Source: Felis catus (taxonomy: Eukaryota). Taken from it: a stretch of 64,000 nucleotides of DNA. Every line of letters begins with the position of its first letter. The first letter of the stretch is position 1. Location: the NCBI RefSeq assembly GCF_018350175.1, contig NC_058368.1:163744001-163808000 (forward strand), given 5' to 3'. The notes beneath the pieces were generated by a model, which worked only from the letters and a program-made list of their open reading frames with translations, was not told the DNA's origin and did no database searches. The position numbers were made by a program, and so were the translations under genes. Positions 40,964 to 53,447 of this stretch are shown one piece after another.

Positions 40964-42070
40964 CTACAGAGGGTGAAAGAAAAAAAAAATGAGACTAGGG
41001 AAAGAGTAAGATGGGGGAAAAAAAGGGAATCTGAAAAAGCATCAAGAAAACTTTGTATCTGAAGGAATCTCTAATTCTAGGTGTCTAATTTTATAGATGA
41101 AGACACTGAGACTCGGAAGAATATGTAATTTAAGGTCCTCCACTAACGATTAATGGCAAGACTGGTAATACAGGTGGATTTCCCAGTTTTCATTTTTGTG
41201 GTCTTCTCATTATGTGTTCAGTGTTTAGCTTGGGTTACTGTGGGTCTAAGCCAGGTACTTTACCTGGAGGACACATTGTGAAATAAACTTTTTGGTATCA
41301 AAGAGTGACACCTGCAATATCACATTAGAGGAAAATTAAATACTATTTGCTTAGGCAGAACCATTAAAACAGCTTTCCTGAATAATAATGGAGATTGCCA
41401 GCAGTTTCTAAAACCAATGTAGATTCTCACCTTCTTTGTGAATATGCAAAGCACATTTAAAATATGAACCCACAGGGTGATATGAGGGAGCCAACTTGAA
41501 TTAAAATGAGAATAAATGACTGGTTTTGGAAGATAATTTTTTTTTCCCCATGGTCCTTTGAGTCCAAGTTAGTGGTTATATATTTCTTGGCCTGAATTTT
41601 GTTTGCATTATCTGGGGGTAGAGAAAGGATATTGGTCTGGGGGAAGAGGCTAAAAACTCAAAACCTTTATGTGTTTTATAGTGTCTTGATGCTCTGTGGT
41701 AACCTGAATCTCATGTACACAATCTAGGTAACGTCATTAATATCAGTGATTAGATTGTTTAAACCTGTTTCTTGCTCTTGCTAACTCTTGTTCTAATCTC
41801 CCACTTCCTCCCAGGAGCCACTTTAGTGCATTGTACTAACAAAATACAAAAATACAACTTGGATGTTTGCTCTATCTGGTAGTTATTCTATACCAAAACG
41901 AAACCATGAAGGAAAAATTTCATCCCTTTGACTATGGCTGACCTTTGTTTTCCTTTTGGTTATATTTGGTACAGATGTATACTGTCCAGAAGTCAGACAT
42001 TTTTTCTTTTTAAACCGAAAGAGTGGATTTTGGACTTTAAAATTTGTCTGTTTTATAGGGGGGGGTTTAC

Positions 42071-42095
42071 TTTTTTTTTTTTTCTTAAAATTTGT

Positions 42096-42131
<36 letters not shown>

Positions 42132-42610
42132 TATTTTTTAATGAAGTTTATTGTCAAATTGGTTTCTTTTTTTTTTTCAAATTGGTTTCCATACAACACC
42201 CAGTGCTCATCCCAAAAGGTGCCCTCCTCAATACCCATCACCCACCCTTCCCTCCCTCTCACCCCCCATCAACCCTCAGTTTGTTCTCAGTTTTTCAGAG
42301 TCTCTTATGCTTTGGCTCTCTTCCACTCTAACCTCTTTTTTTTTTTTTTTTTTCTTTCCCCTCGTCCATGGGTTTCTGTTAAGTTTCTCAGGATCCATAT
42401 AAGAGTGAAACCATGTGGTATCTGTCTTTCTCAGTATGGCTTATTTCACTTAGCATAACACTCTCCAGTTCCATCCATGTTGCTACAAAGGGCCATATTT
42501 CATTCTTTCTCATTGCCACGTAGTATTCCATTGTGTATATAAACCACAATTTTTTTTATCCATTCATCAGTTGATGGACATTTAGGCTCTTTCCATAATT
42601 TGGCTATTGT
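42071..42610 (-). mobile_element. 5'-truncated felid L1 (end of ORF2, 3'UTR and tail), part of an L1/SINE chimera
   Basis: Closely matches 6630-7062 of the full-length L1; poly(T)/(TTTA)n tail on the + strand. Confidence 0.95.
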
Positions 42611-42666
42611 GGGCACCTGAGTGGCTCAGTTGGTTAAGCATCTGACTATGGCTCAGGTCATGATCT
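42611..42666 (+). mobile_element. CanSINE 5' head only (about 56 nt), inverted relative to the adjoining L1
   Basis: gggcacctgagtggctcagttggttaagcatctgactatggctcaggtcatgatct matches the other SINE heads in the window. Confidence 0.9.
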
Positions 42667-42859
42667 TATAGGGGGGGTTTAGATGCAATACTAAATTAAA
42701 ATTTTTTTATTTAAAAAGAGTGAGTTTCAAAGCTAACTTCTAGAAATGCATTCATTTCAGAAATGGTTAGATTTTTTTCCCCTTTAGTAGGTCCCAGTAA
42801 AATGGTATTTATAAAAATCAGAGAGTGACTTGTGTCTTTGTGCTAATCTACACTACACA

Positions 42860-43370
42860 ACATGAAATTCACACATTTGAAGTGGGCAATGATTTTTAGC
42901 TTATTTATGGAGTGGTGTGACCATCACCATAATCTAATTTTAGAACATTTTCATCACCTCAAAAAGAAACTCCATACCCATTAGCAGTTATTCCCCATTT
43001 GCTGCCCCAACCTAACACTAGGTGACTCTAACCTACTTTCTATCTCTATGGATTTGCTTTTCCTGGGACACTTAATATAAATGGAATCATACAATATGCA
43101 GTCTTTTGTGACTGGCTTCTTTTATCCGGTATGATGTTTTCAAGGTTCATCCATGTTGCGTCATGTATCAGTACTTCATTCCTTTTTATGGATAAATGAT
43201 ATTCCATTGTATGGGTATACCACATTTTATTTATCTCTTCGTTAGTTCATGGATGGACATTTGAGTTTTCTTCATTTTCATGACTATAATGATTAACATT
43301 ATAAATACTTGTATACAAATTTTTGCATAGATATATATTTTGGGGTATATCCTAGAAGTAGAATAAGCAA
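42860..43370 (-). mobile_element. Old L1M (L1MA/MB-type) 3' fragment
   Basis: tagaacattttcatcacc...atggaatcatacaatatg...caaggttcatccatgttg motifs. Confidence 0.8.
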
Positions 43371-44812
43371 TGTGCTAGATGTGTCAGGACTATAGGCTAC
43401 CCAAAGACATATCCAAGGGTTATTTTGCTGTCTTAATTCTCTGCTCCCAACAATAGCACAATGCATTTATATTACTGTACTGGTTTCTGATGTCTTCTTT
43501 CTTGTGAGATTTCCCTTTCTCATATGTCTAAGCAGATATGAATACCCTCTTCTGTCCCTACACTTTTTGAGAATGGATAGAAAGTTTTGTACAAAAATAT
43601 GTCTGCTACAAACAGGAAAGTTTCTGACCCCTTTTCTAACCAGTTGCAGGGTAGAAATGATTGGCAGTAAAGACGTCTGACTATAACCCTATTACCTCAT
43701 TTGAGGTGACCTCATTGGTCCAGTCTCTATCTGTTATTAAGTAGCAGCAATAAATAGCAAGCTGGCGCAACATTTGGACAGAGATTTCTCAGAAGAACTA
43801 TGCAAGCATTAAGTGTTCCATTCGTTGCAATAATGTAAAATATATCTGAGAAGTGCACATAGACCTTGATGTGATTTATTCAAGAACAATAGTTAAGTCA
43901 CAATTTGTTACTTTCAGCTTTTGCTGGAGAGAGATAAGAGGGAAAAAAATCAAGTATATGGTGAATGACAAGGAGCCTGAGGGCCTATGAAGAGGCATTT
44001 GACCAAAGGGCTTTTGGAAATACTTGTACAGTGTTTTTAATATTTTTTTAATATTAGCCAGCATAGGAGAGGCAGTGATGCATATTGTTAAAGTACGAGC
44101 ACTTTCCTTGACAGTAAGCACAGACTTCAGGGAACTGACCAGTGCTATTTCTACAACTCTTACAATACACATTAGAGGCATGTTTATCTAGCTGAAAGTA
44201 CAATGTGAGATTCGCATCTACCCTGTTTTTTCCAGGAAATTAGGGCCATGTGGCTTCTCACGTCGCGTACTTTCCCCTTTCACTGTTACCGTTTCCCTGC
44301 CTTCTCTTTGCTGTCCCCGGGATTGTCTCAGTCCCTCAGGTGACTGTTACAGTAAATAAGTCAGGTCCCAAATGCTACACATACCTTTAGAAGAAATATC
44401 ATGTGAGGTGTCCGGGATCTCTTATAAAGAAGATAAATCAATGGGATAAAATTAACATAAAATAAAATGAAAATAAAGCAGTAAAGCCTCTGAGATGCTG
44501 TGGTCAGGGGACCATGTCTCTATGAAGTGGTGACCACAGAAAGTTGAGTCTTAATAACAAAGCAACTAATATCCTAGGTGGATGACAAAGATAATTGAAA
44601 GGAAAGAACCTAAGATTCTGAACAAAAAACTGACCAGGAATGCAGAGACAATGATTTGTATATGAGTATTTTTCCAGGCTTTTTGCCTGTGATCCAAAGA
44701 TGTGATAAATACAGAGCTCTATGGGTTTTCATACAGTTAGACCAAAAGTTTTGTGGAACATTGTGATGTATCATGATATTTTCTATTTAATTAAATTCTA
44801 TTCTGTTGTACT

Positions 44813-45030
44813 TTTTTTTTTTAATGTTTAGTTATTTTTGAGAGAAAGAGAGAGAATGATAAAACCTGAGCGGGGGAGGGGCAGAGAGAGAGGGAGACAC
44901 AGAATCTGAAGCAGGCTCTACGCTCCAAGCTGTCAGCACAGAGCCCGACATGGGGCTCAAACCCACAAACTGTGAGATCATGACCTGAGCCAAAGTTGGA
45001 CGTTTAACCAACTGAGCCAGCCAGGAGCCC
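44813..45030 (-). mobile_element. CanSINE with TSD tattctgttgtactttt (intronic)
   Basis: Exact flanking direct repeat; typical body. Confidence 0.94.
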
Positions 45031-47957
45031 TTATTCTGTTGTACTTTTAAATACTCGCCACAACCTACTACATTGACTGCATGGCTCAGTAAGGGGGTAA
45101 AAACCTGTGGTTTGACGAATAATGCTATAAATAGTAACCACGGCCTGTTTCACTGGGCTGGAGAACAAGGAACCAAGCAAGGGTAGGATATGCAAGAGCC
45201 AAGCAGAGCTTGGACAATACAAGTGAAGGAGGAACTATAGATCAGACCAGCACAAAGATCATTCACTTAGCATAACCTAGAAGAACTGAGTATAAGTATT
45301 AGAACTCTGTACAATCTTTATAAATATAATGATTCACATTCCATGCATATAAAAATGATTACATTCAACTGAGTATTTTATTTTTAATTGATTCATTGTA
45401 GTGCCTGTGGTGTTCATGGCACAGCATAGGTTCAGCCCTAACTCAATAAATTTCTTCACTGTCCTTACAATTCCCAGTTGTTGTGATAAATAGTTGGACT
45501 GTGTGGATCATGGCTATGGCAGCCAATGTGCTGATTTCCAGAGACTAGATGCCAAATACTGAGTACTACTTTAAGAAGACTAATTTCTGTCAGGGAGTGC
45601 TATATATAGCATTATGGCTAAGAGTTTGGGCATAAGGATTTGGATAGCATTTGCTCAAATTTTGTCCCCTAACAGCTGGGTGACCACATCAGCATGTTAG
45701 TTAATTTCTCTAAGCCTTAGTTTCTGACTTATAATGGGGCAATAACCGTGGATGTTTTGCAAATATTAGTTTTAGATGATGAGCATAAAGTACTTATTTA
45801 AGTGCTGGACACACAGGAAGCATTCAGTGAGACATACTTTCTGCCACCAATACACCTGAGCAGAATGATTCAGGCCTCTCAAAAAAATGCGGCTCCCCAG
45901 GGCAGTGATTCTTAGTGGACAGTAGAGAGAAGCATTTCTCTTTTGGGGATTTTCCACAGGAGATTTCGATATGCCTCTGTCTCAGCTTGGGTCTCACTGT
46001 GCCGGATCATTGGCTACGGGCCTCAGGTCACGATGCAAGTTAAGATGTATAAGATTGAGAAGGGCTCTTAGGAAAAGAATGTAAACCTCAATGCAAAATT
46101 CCAATCTTGGGAAGGGTAAAGCACCCCAGAAGAGCTCCTGCACAGCCACCTTAATGCTAATGAAGAGTGAGCTGCTGATTAACCTTGGGAGAGCTTCCAT
46201 CCGGACCCAGCAGCTGTCAGGGTGAGACTGGGGAGGAGGTGGAAGTAAAGTGTATTTTCTGGCACAAGGTGCATGCTTAGGCAAATGGCACTTTTTATTC
46301 AAGAAAGAGTAGAGTCATGTAATACCCTAAATCACAGGCCTCGATTTTAGAACATGGCCTAGACATAGCATTTTCTTTTGGAATTTCAGTAAGAAAAATG
46401 TTCTTTTAATCCATATTTGAGATAACTTAAGCTAGAAATGGAGGGCCTGTGGACATAGGAATATTTAAGATGTATGGCTGGTTAAGAATGAATGGGCTTG
46501 GATTAAATATTTTTATTAGTCACAGAATGATCTTTTTTAAGAGAGGAATTAAAAATAGATAGAAATTAGGTAACTTCCTAGGGCTAGAAAGAGTATGATG
46601 TGTCAGAAAGACTAGGCATCTGGTGGCCTGAGTTCTGGTTTTGCCTTTGAATTGATTTTCCAATCTTCTAACCATTCTCTACTATTACATGAGGGGATGA
46701 CAAACTACTCACACTTCATGGGAGTAATGGCCACTTGGGGTCATTTAATCATTGATTCATTGATTCATTGATTAATTCATTAAAAATACATAGTATAGGG
46801 ACATCTTTGGAGCATATAGTCCCTTAGAAGAGACAATATGGCTCTCTGGAGGTAACATACAAGGTAGAGAGTGGTAAGTGTCACAAGATGGGTAAATGTG
46901 GAAGTTCAGAGAGGGGAGGCACTTTGTCTAAGACCATGTGGGATTGCTTGACAGGAGAGATGGCTAGTGACTGAATAAAAATTTGAAGGGCAGGTAGAAC
47001 CTGAACAACTTGTGTTGAGGAATCAGTAGATATACACCGGTTCAGGGGAAGGAACTAGAAAAAGCAAAGACATGGTGCCAGAAAAAGGTTTAAGATGTGT
47101 GGTGAGTTATGGAAATAGAACATGACCATGTTTGATTAGAGTGCAAGGTCCTTTAACACAAGGAGTGGAAAAGAAAACCAGAGAGAAGGGTTTTGAGACA
47201 AAGTATAAAACTCTAGAGTACTATCTATGGAGTCAACAAAGAACCATGGAAGGTTCTGGAAAGATGTGTGAAATGGTAAGAGCTGAATATAAAGAAGATG
47301 TCCATTTTTGTCTATTTCTTTCTTTTTTTGGTGTAACTTAGGCTACCTGGGTTCAAATTTTTTCTTCACCATTTACTACCCAGGGGACCACAAGCAAATG
47401 ATTTAACCTTGTTAAGCATTGGTTTGCAAACTGGTAGGTGGAATAATAACCTATTTTCTGAGAGTGTTGTTGAAATTAAATAAAATGGTAAGTAAAAACA
47501 CTTAACAGAGTGACCAATACAAAAGGAGGACTTACTAAATGGTAACTCTACTTTTGTTATTATTTTTAGGCCATTTATTAGTAGCCACTTTCCAGTTCTC
47601 CAAGTAGAACTTTTCTAAGTAGGACCTCCTTCTGACTTTTCAGAATAAGGGAAGCCACCTAGTGGCTGTTATTACTGTTTTAAACTTGGCGTCAGTAGCA
47701 GTCTCTGGGCCCCAGGGGTTTGGAAGCACTTTGTTAATATTTCAGTTTGGAATAATCTAAGCATCAATCCTAAACGTTCCCTTTGAATCTATGGAAACAG
47801 TCTCTTAAAAATGAGCATGAATGATTTGGAAATTAAAATGATTCAGACTTTTGTGGTGATATTTTATAATAAAAATCCCAATCCATGACTACTTTGGAGT
47901 TTTGTTTTATTTACCTTCATTCCCATCCTGGTATCAGGTGCTTAAAACTATGGACTT

Positions 47958-48170
47958 GGGGAGTGCCTGGGTGGCTCAGTTGGTTAAGCCTCTGACTCTT
48001 GTTTTTGGCTCAGGTCATGATTTCACGGTTTTTGAGTTCGAGCTCTGTGGTGGGCTCTGTGCTGACGGCATAGTGCCTGCTTGAGGTTCTCTCACTCCTT
48101 CCCTTTCTCTGCCCTTCCCCCACTCTCACTTTCTCTCTCAAAATAAATAAATAAACTTAAAAAAAAAACA
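47958..48170 (+). mobile_element. CanSINE with TSD aactatgga(c/t)tt (intronic)
   Basis: Head, (CT)n, A tail and TSD. Confidence 0.92.
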
Positions 48171-48593
48171 ACTATGGATTTGGAGTTAAATAGCAACAGC
48201 CTGTTCTGTAAGTGCTTAGAGATGCTGGCTATCTCTTCATAGTTGAAAATATTTTGGGTCACGTTATAATATTCTCAAATGGAAAGTTGAATAAGTGAAA
48301 GAGAATCATTATATCATTCATCCTGAGTGATAAGAAATGGACCACAGTGTGATATTCACCTCGTACTTCTTTTGTACTTTCCAAGAAGGCTGAAATGGTC
48401 ACCAGATACTTCCTTCCCATTTGGCATGGCTGTCTAGCTTAAATAAACATAAGCATTAATGCTAAAAAAATAATTAAATGACTGGGATTCCAGGATGTTT
48501 ACTACTGCTAACTAAGGTTATTCATTTGGGGAAAAAAATCCAAGTGCAAATAAAATAGCAATAATCGCTTTTGTCAAAAACTGCAAAAGTCTA

Positions 48594-48703
48594 GGGGTGA
48601 CTGGCTGGCTCACTCAGTGGAGCGTGTGACTCTTGATCTCAGGGTCATGAGTTCAATCTCTACACTGGGTGTAGAGATACTTGAAAATAAAATCTTTAAA
48701 AAA
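48594..48703 (+). mobile_element. Short CanSINE variant lacking the (CT)n body
   Basis: ggggtgactggctggctcactcagtggagcgtgtgactcttgatctcagggtcatgagttcaa followed directly by aaaataaaatctttaaaaaa. Confidence 0.85.
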
Positions 48704-48770
48704 GACTACAAGAAGGCAAAATATTTCTTGTCAAAATCAGACACAACTATTTTATTATTAGATTATCAAA

Positions 48771-48977
48771 GAGGCACCTGGGTGGCTCAGTCGGTTAAGC
48801 GTCTGACTCTCGGTTTCGGCTCAGGTCATGATCTTGCAGTTCATGAGTTCAAGTCCCACATCGGGCTCTGTGCTGACAGTGTGGAACCCTCTTGGGATTC
48901 TCTCTCTCTCTTTCTCTCTGCTCTCCCCTGCTTGCTCTCTCTGCCTCTCTCAAAATAAGTAAATAAAATAAAAAAAA
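48771..48977 (+). mobile_element. CanSINE
   Basis: Head, (CT)n, A tail. Confidence 0.92.
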
Positions 48978-49667
48978 CCAAATTATTAAATCATATTGTT
49001 TATATGCCCATTTTGCATATATAGCTTTTAATATATATAGTTTAATAAGTATGTAAATGTGTACATTTTATAGAGTGAGAGCTTTTTATAGAGAGAGCTT
49101 TACATGTAGAGGTTAAGTCACCCTGATAACAATTACCTTGTGTGATCTTCACAACAGTCCTTCGAAATAGCTATTTGCATTTTACCAATGAGGAAAGTAA
49201 GTTTTAGGAAGTGAAGTAACTTGCCCAAGGAAAAGTGACAGTTAATGTTCCTTTTGTTATTCATTTGTCCAACATTAGGAATGTTCTGACAAAAGGGAGT
49301 TCCTAGCAGAAAGTTATTGACATAAACTCTGAATGCCATCAGTAACCAAAAGAATGAAGGAGCTTACTTTTGCTTTTCTAGGCAAAAAAAAGCTTGGGTT
49401 TACATCTACAGGATCTGGAGTTAGCTTGGCTGTTTAGAACTCAGCTTCGTTGCTTACTATGTGTGATCTTGTAAGTTAAGTAGACTTTCCAGCCAGTTTT
49501 CTTCTTTGTAAAAGGAGGATAATAACAGTATCTCTTCATTGGAGGATAAATGAACTAATTTAGGTAAGGCACACAGTATAAGGCTTGGTAAGAGGTCCAT
49601 AAAGCTAGGATGTCACTCCTATTACTATTATAATTACTATTATTTCAAGTGAAAGTTGAGTCCATAC

Positions 49668-49854
49668 CTGAGGCCTGGGTGGAGCGAATGCTAGCATAGA
49701 AGTACAAGCAGCCATCCTTCAGAATGCAGTAGTGCTGGACCCACATATCTGTATTTCTGTCCAGTTGGTGCAAAAGGCCTAGGCACTCTGGGTTCTTGAT
49801 AGCCAGGGGTGGGAGGTTACTGTTGTGCAGGGTAACGTCTTCCCAGACATGGTT
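49668..49854 (-). CDS. PDZPH1: Coding exon: linker and N-terminal strands of PH2 (NHVWEDV...NPECLGLLHQLDRNTDMWVQHYCILKDGCLYFYASIRSTQAS-G)
   Basis: Acceptor ctacacttgcAG and donor cagGTatgg; 187 nt, phase 0 to 1; 'G.L...W...Y..LKDGCLYFY' PH motif. Confidence 0.88.
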
Positions 49855-51549
49855 CTGCAAGTGTAGCACAAAGGGATCATCTGAGTGCTCATCCTGTGCC
49901 AGTGGTCATTGACTCCCAGGAGCCAATGACATCAGCACTAAGGCTGTTTGACTTCAGAAAAGGCACTGCCCTCAGTGATTCTATTGCCAAGGCAATCTAA
50001 TACTTGAGCAACTAGCCAGAAAACCTGAATTCATGTCCCTTCTCTTTGGTTTCTGTTCTAGTGTCAGGAAATCAAAAGATTATTTCACTGACCCCTGGGA
50101 TTGTCCTCTTAGCCCTGTTCCTGGCATGTCTACTGTGTCTAATAGCAGCCCTTGGTTCATGCTGCCCTTTAGAACTCCCATTTGTGCAAAGGACCAAGTT
50201 AAAGGCCCCAGGCCAGATCTGGCCTTAAGCTCACATGGTCAGTGATGTGCCAGGTCATGATAAATCCAGATCTTCTACCCTGGAGGGCAGTCCTTGGTCC
50301 ATAGGCCTGAGAGGCAGGCTTTCCCTGTAACCTGACCTGAGGCAGTAGATGCAATGCTTCATCTCGTTATCACAATGCCCTACCAGGTGCCGGCCAGTTT
50401 CTCTTCCATATTTAGTTTCCATTTTGCTCTTTAGTTTTAAAAAGGCAGTGCAGAAGATTTCAGAATGCAGAGCCGGCTGTATTCTTTGCTGTGAAGAGGG
50501 AGCCTGTGGGGAGCTTGGGTGTTCCTTTTTCATTCTGCTACAGACACTCTGAACGCATCAGCCGACTAGAGCCCTCTTACAAATATCAGCCTAGTTAGGA
50601 TGACACATTGGAGAGATGGATGAGTGTATTGAGCATTGTGTTCCAGGTAAAATGAAACACAAGTCTTGCTGTTTCTCTTATGATGATGCCAGTGATTGTT
50701 CAGAAAGGACACTTATAGGACACAGGGCAGTACATTTAAGCTCAAACAATCCAAATTTCCCTGAATGTGTAAGAGCCGAAACATGTAGAGAAGATAATGG
50801 ATAGTAAATACCTTTGGCTTGTCTGACATTTGGTGAGGAAATGAGCATATTTAAAGGAAGTGTATGACCTCATTAGAAATCTTACACATAGCATAAAAAG
50901 GAAGCAGTTGGGCACAAAAGCAATCCCCTCCCCACCAGCCAGGTGATAGCACTAGCTCAGAAAGTGGGGTATCAAATGTCTTAGGGGCTAAAGGAATGAC
51001 TCACCTGTTGATGTTAGGAAGTTAAAGGTCAAGCCCAAATTAGAAAGTATATTGCTGCAAGACTGGGAGTTTTGAACAGGTAGGAACAGTGAAAGTTGGG
51101 CTAATATGTGTCCAAAACAAGGGTATGAACATTAAGCAGTGCATTTCTGAACATGTGACATGCAATTTTCTAACATGCTGCTCAGCCAACAGCTCTATCC
51201 TAGGACATTCCTGAGATCTTGTACTTGGGAATTGAAAAGAAAACAGAAGCAGTGGTTTAACCTCCTGGACTGCTCCCTGTAAAATGGAAATCCCACCCCA
51301 ATTTGTGACTACCTAGAGTTCACTGAGAGAAATGTCACACAAACCCCTGAAAATAAAAAGAACAGCGGGAATGCAAGTTCCCTCATGGAATCTGAATAGA
51401 AATCCCTGTTAACTTAAAATCCTCTTTCCCAGCTTTTAGAGCAGATCTGAGAAGTCCCAGGGTGAACTGCATGACATTTGACTTGATCCTTTCCCCCTCT
51501 GAGGAGAAGAGCAGGATGAAGGCAGAGATGAATATCAAGGATACCTTAC

Positions 51550-51592
51550 CTGGCGGACAGGATGGATTGCTTTGTCCATTGCCTCCAGCCAC
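51550..51592 (-). CDS. PDZPH1: Small coding exon (R-WLEAMDKAIHPVRQ), C-terminal helix of PH1
   Basis: Acceptor tactgtctttcAG and donor cagGTaagg; 43 nt, phase 2 to 0; supplies the near-invariant PH Trp (EMKRWLEAM). Confidence 0.85.
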
Positions 51593-52156
51593 CTGAAAGA
51601 CAGTAAAATGAGAGGAACTCTCCTTTGGGGACTGGATAAGTATCATTCGGAGGGGCTTGCCCTTCTCCCTGGAAACCCATCTTCCAGACAGAATAGTCCT
51701 GAGACTCAGATATATTTCACGGCTGGAAGATGATGGTCGAAAGGCAACACATTCTTACGAAATTGGCATTACTGGATGGCAAAATCCCACCTCCGCCAGG
51801 CATATTTAAAATAAATTATTATCCTTCTCCTTTACCACTGTTTAATTAGTGACTAAGATAAAATTTCTTCACTCTTTATTTTACCAAGGCATGTGAATTA
51901 ATTACCACCAGCAGGGCTAGTAACGATTTGGTGTTAATAACTATAAGGCACTGGCTATTACAATATTGAAAGACTGGCAGTCACTGTCCTTAGCTCCCTC
52001 CCCAAGTATTCCTTGGACAGAGTAGACACATTTAGTGCACCATTAGTGCTCCTACTTGAGGACTATATTTTCTTAGTCTTGTCTCCTTAGCCAGCTACCA
52101 GCCTATCCACCCCATTTGCCAATCTTTTAAATTTTCTTTTAAACCCTGTAACTTTT

Positions 52157-52202
52157 GAGATCAGACGAGATCGGGCGCGTTCAGGGTGGTATGGCCGTAG
52201 AC
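52157..52202 (-). pseudogene. 3'-truncated 5S rRNA retrocopy (nt 1-46) with TSD
   Basis: Reverse complement GTCTACGGCCATACCACCCTGAACGCGCCCGATCTCGTCTGATCTC is the mammalian 5S 5' end; flanked by aaaccctgtaacttt (52141-52155) and aaaccttgtaacttt (52203-52217). Confidence 0.93.
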
Positions 52203-53447
52203 AAACCTTGTAACTTTCAATCAAACCATACTGCTTGCTCTTCTCCCCAAAGTTTGATTTATTCCCTCTGCCTTTTTCTGTTCCATTTCTTCTTTTGCAC
52301 GCTTGTCTGATCCTGTGCCACACCCTTTGTAAACTCTGCCCTCATCCCCGCCTTGGGAGATCCTCACTCCCTACACTCAGTTCCCGTGCCACTTTGTCTT
52401 CTCCTATAGCACTTCTTAATGTTTCTCTGGCATTACAAATATTCAACCAAATGCCCTATCTTCTTAGTTCTGAGCTTTTTTGAGGGCAAGAATTGGCATT
52501 TAATCATACTAATAGTCTGTGGAGAACTTAAAACACTGTCTTGGGCACATTAGCTAACCAACAAATATTTTGTTCCTGAATTGAAATACAGTCAGGTAAC
52601 CATCATCATATTTCCCTCTTTGTCCTTTAAAGCAACATGCATTTGAATCAATAATGTTCTGCAAGTAGGAACAGTATATTGTTTGTCTCAGAGGTTTCAG
52701 ACCTAGGCTTCTCTTTAAGATTGGAACTGAGTCCAATTCCTCTTAAAGAAACACTCAACACCGTTGACCTCTTACCTTTTTGTCAGTCTCCCTTACTTCT
52801 ACTCCCTTCTACCTTCACCCTAAATTAGCAGCACTTACATTGCAGTTTTCAGTTGACTCACTGGATTGACCAGTGATCTCCATTCCCTTAGGGTGATACA
52901 GTGAAGTAATGATCATAAGCCGCTAAATGCTTAGAATTTGTAGGCTACCCTTTTAGAAAGCCTGCATACCTCTACCCCTCCAGTTGGGTTGTATGCTTAA
53001 AAATGTCAACTGGATTCATTCCCCACAAAGCTACATTATTACTATTTATTTTGCTCATCTCCCTGTAGTGTGCTAAATTGCAACCCTACTACATTATTTT
53101 TATAGCTAGGACTACCAATCTGATGGGCTTAAAATATATAAACCTGGTAACTTAGGCAAGCTAGATATGACCGTGACACTATTAAGATTTTTTAGAAAAT
53201 GTGGAGATCTAAAGTAAATGAATTAGGAGAAAATGTTTCAGTTCTTTAGCAATTCTGATAGAAAAAAAACTGGGGGAATAATGAAGAACCCAACTTTTCA
53301 TACCTAATAAAAAGATAGTTGATTGACCCACACTATAAACTTACTGTTCCCTTCTCTACTTCCAACCCCCAAATCAATAAGACTGCTATTGAAGAAGCAT
53401 TCCTCCACCCAAAGTGAGACTGGTAAGATCACAGATTAATGAATTAC

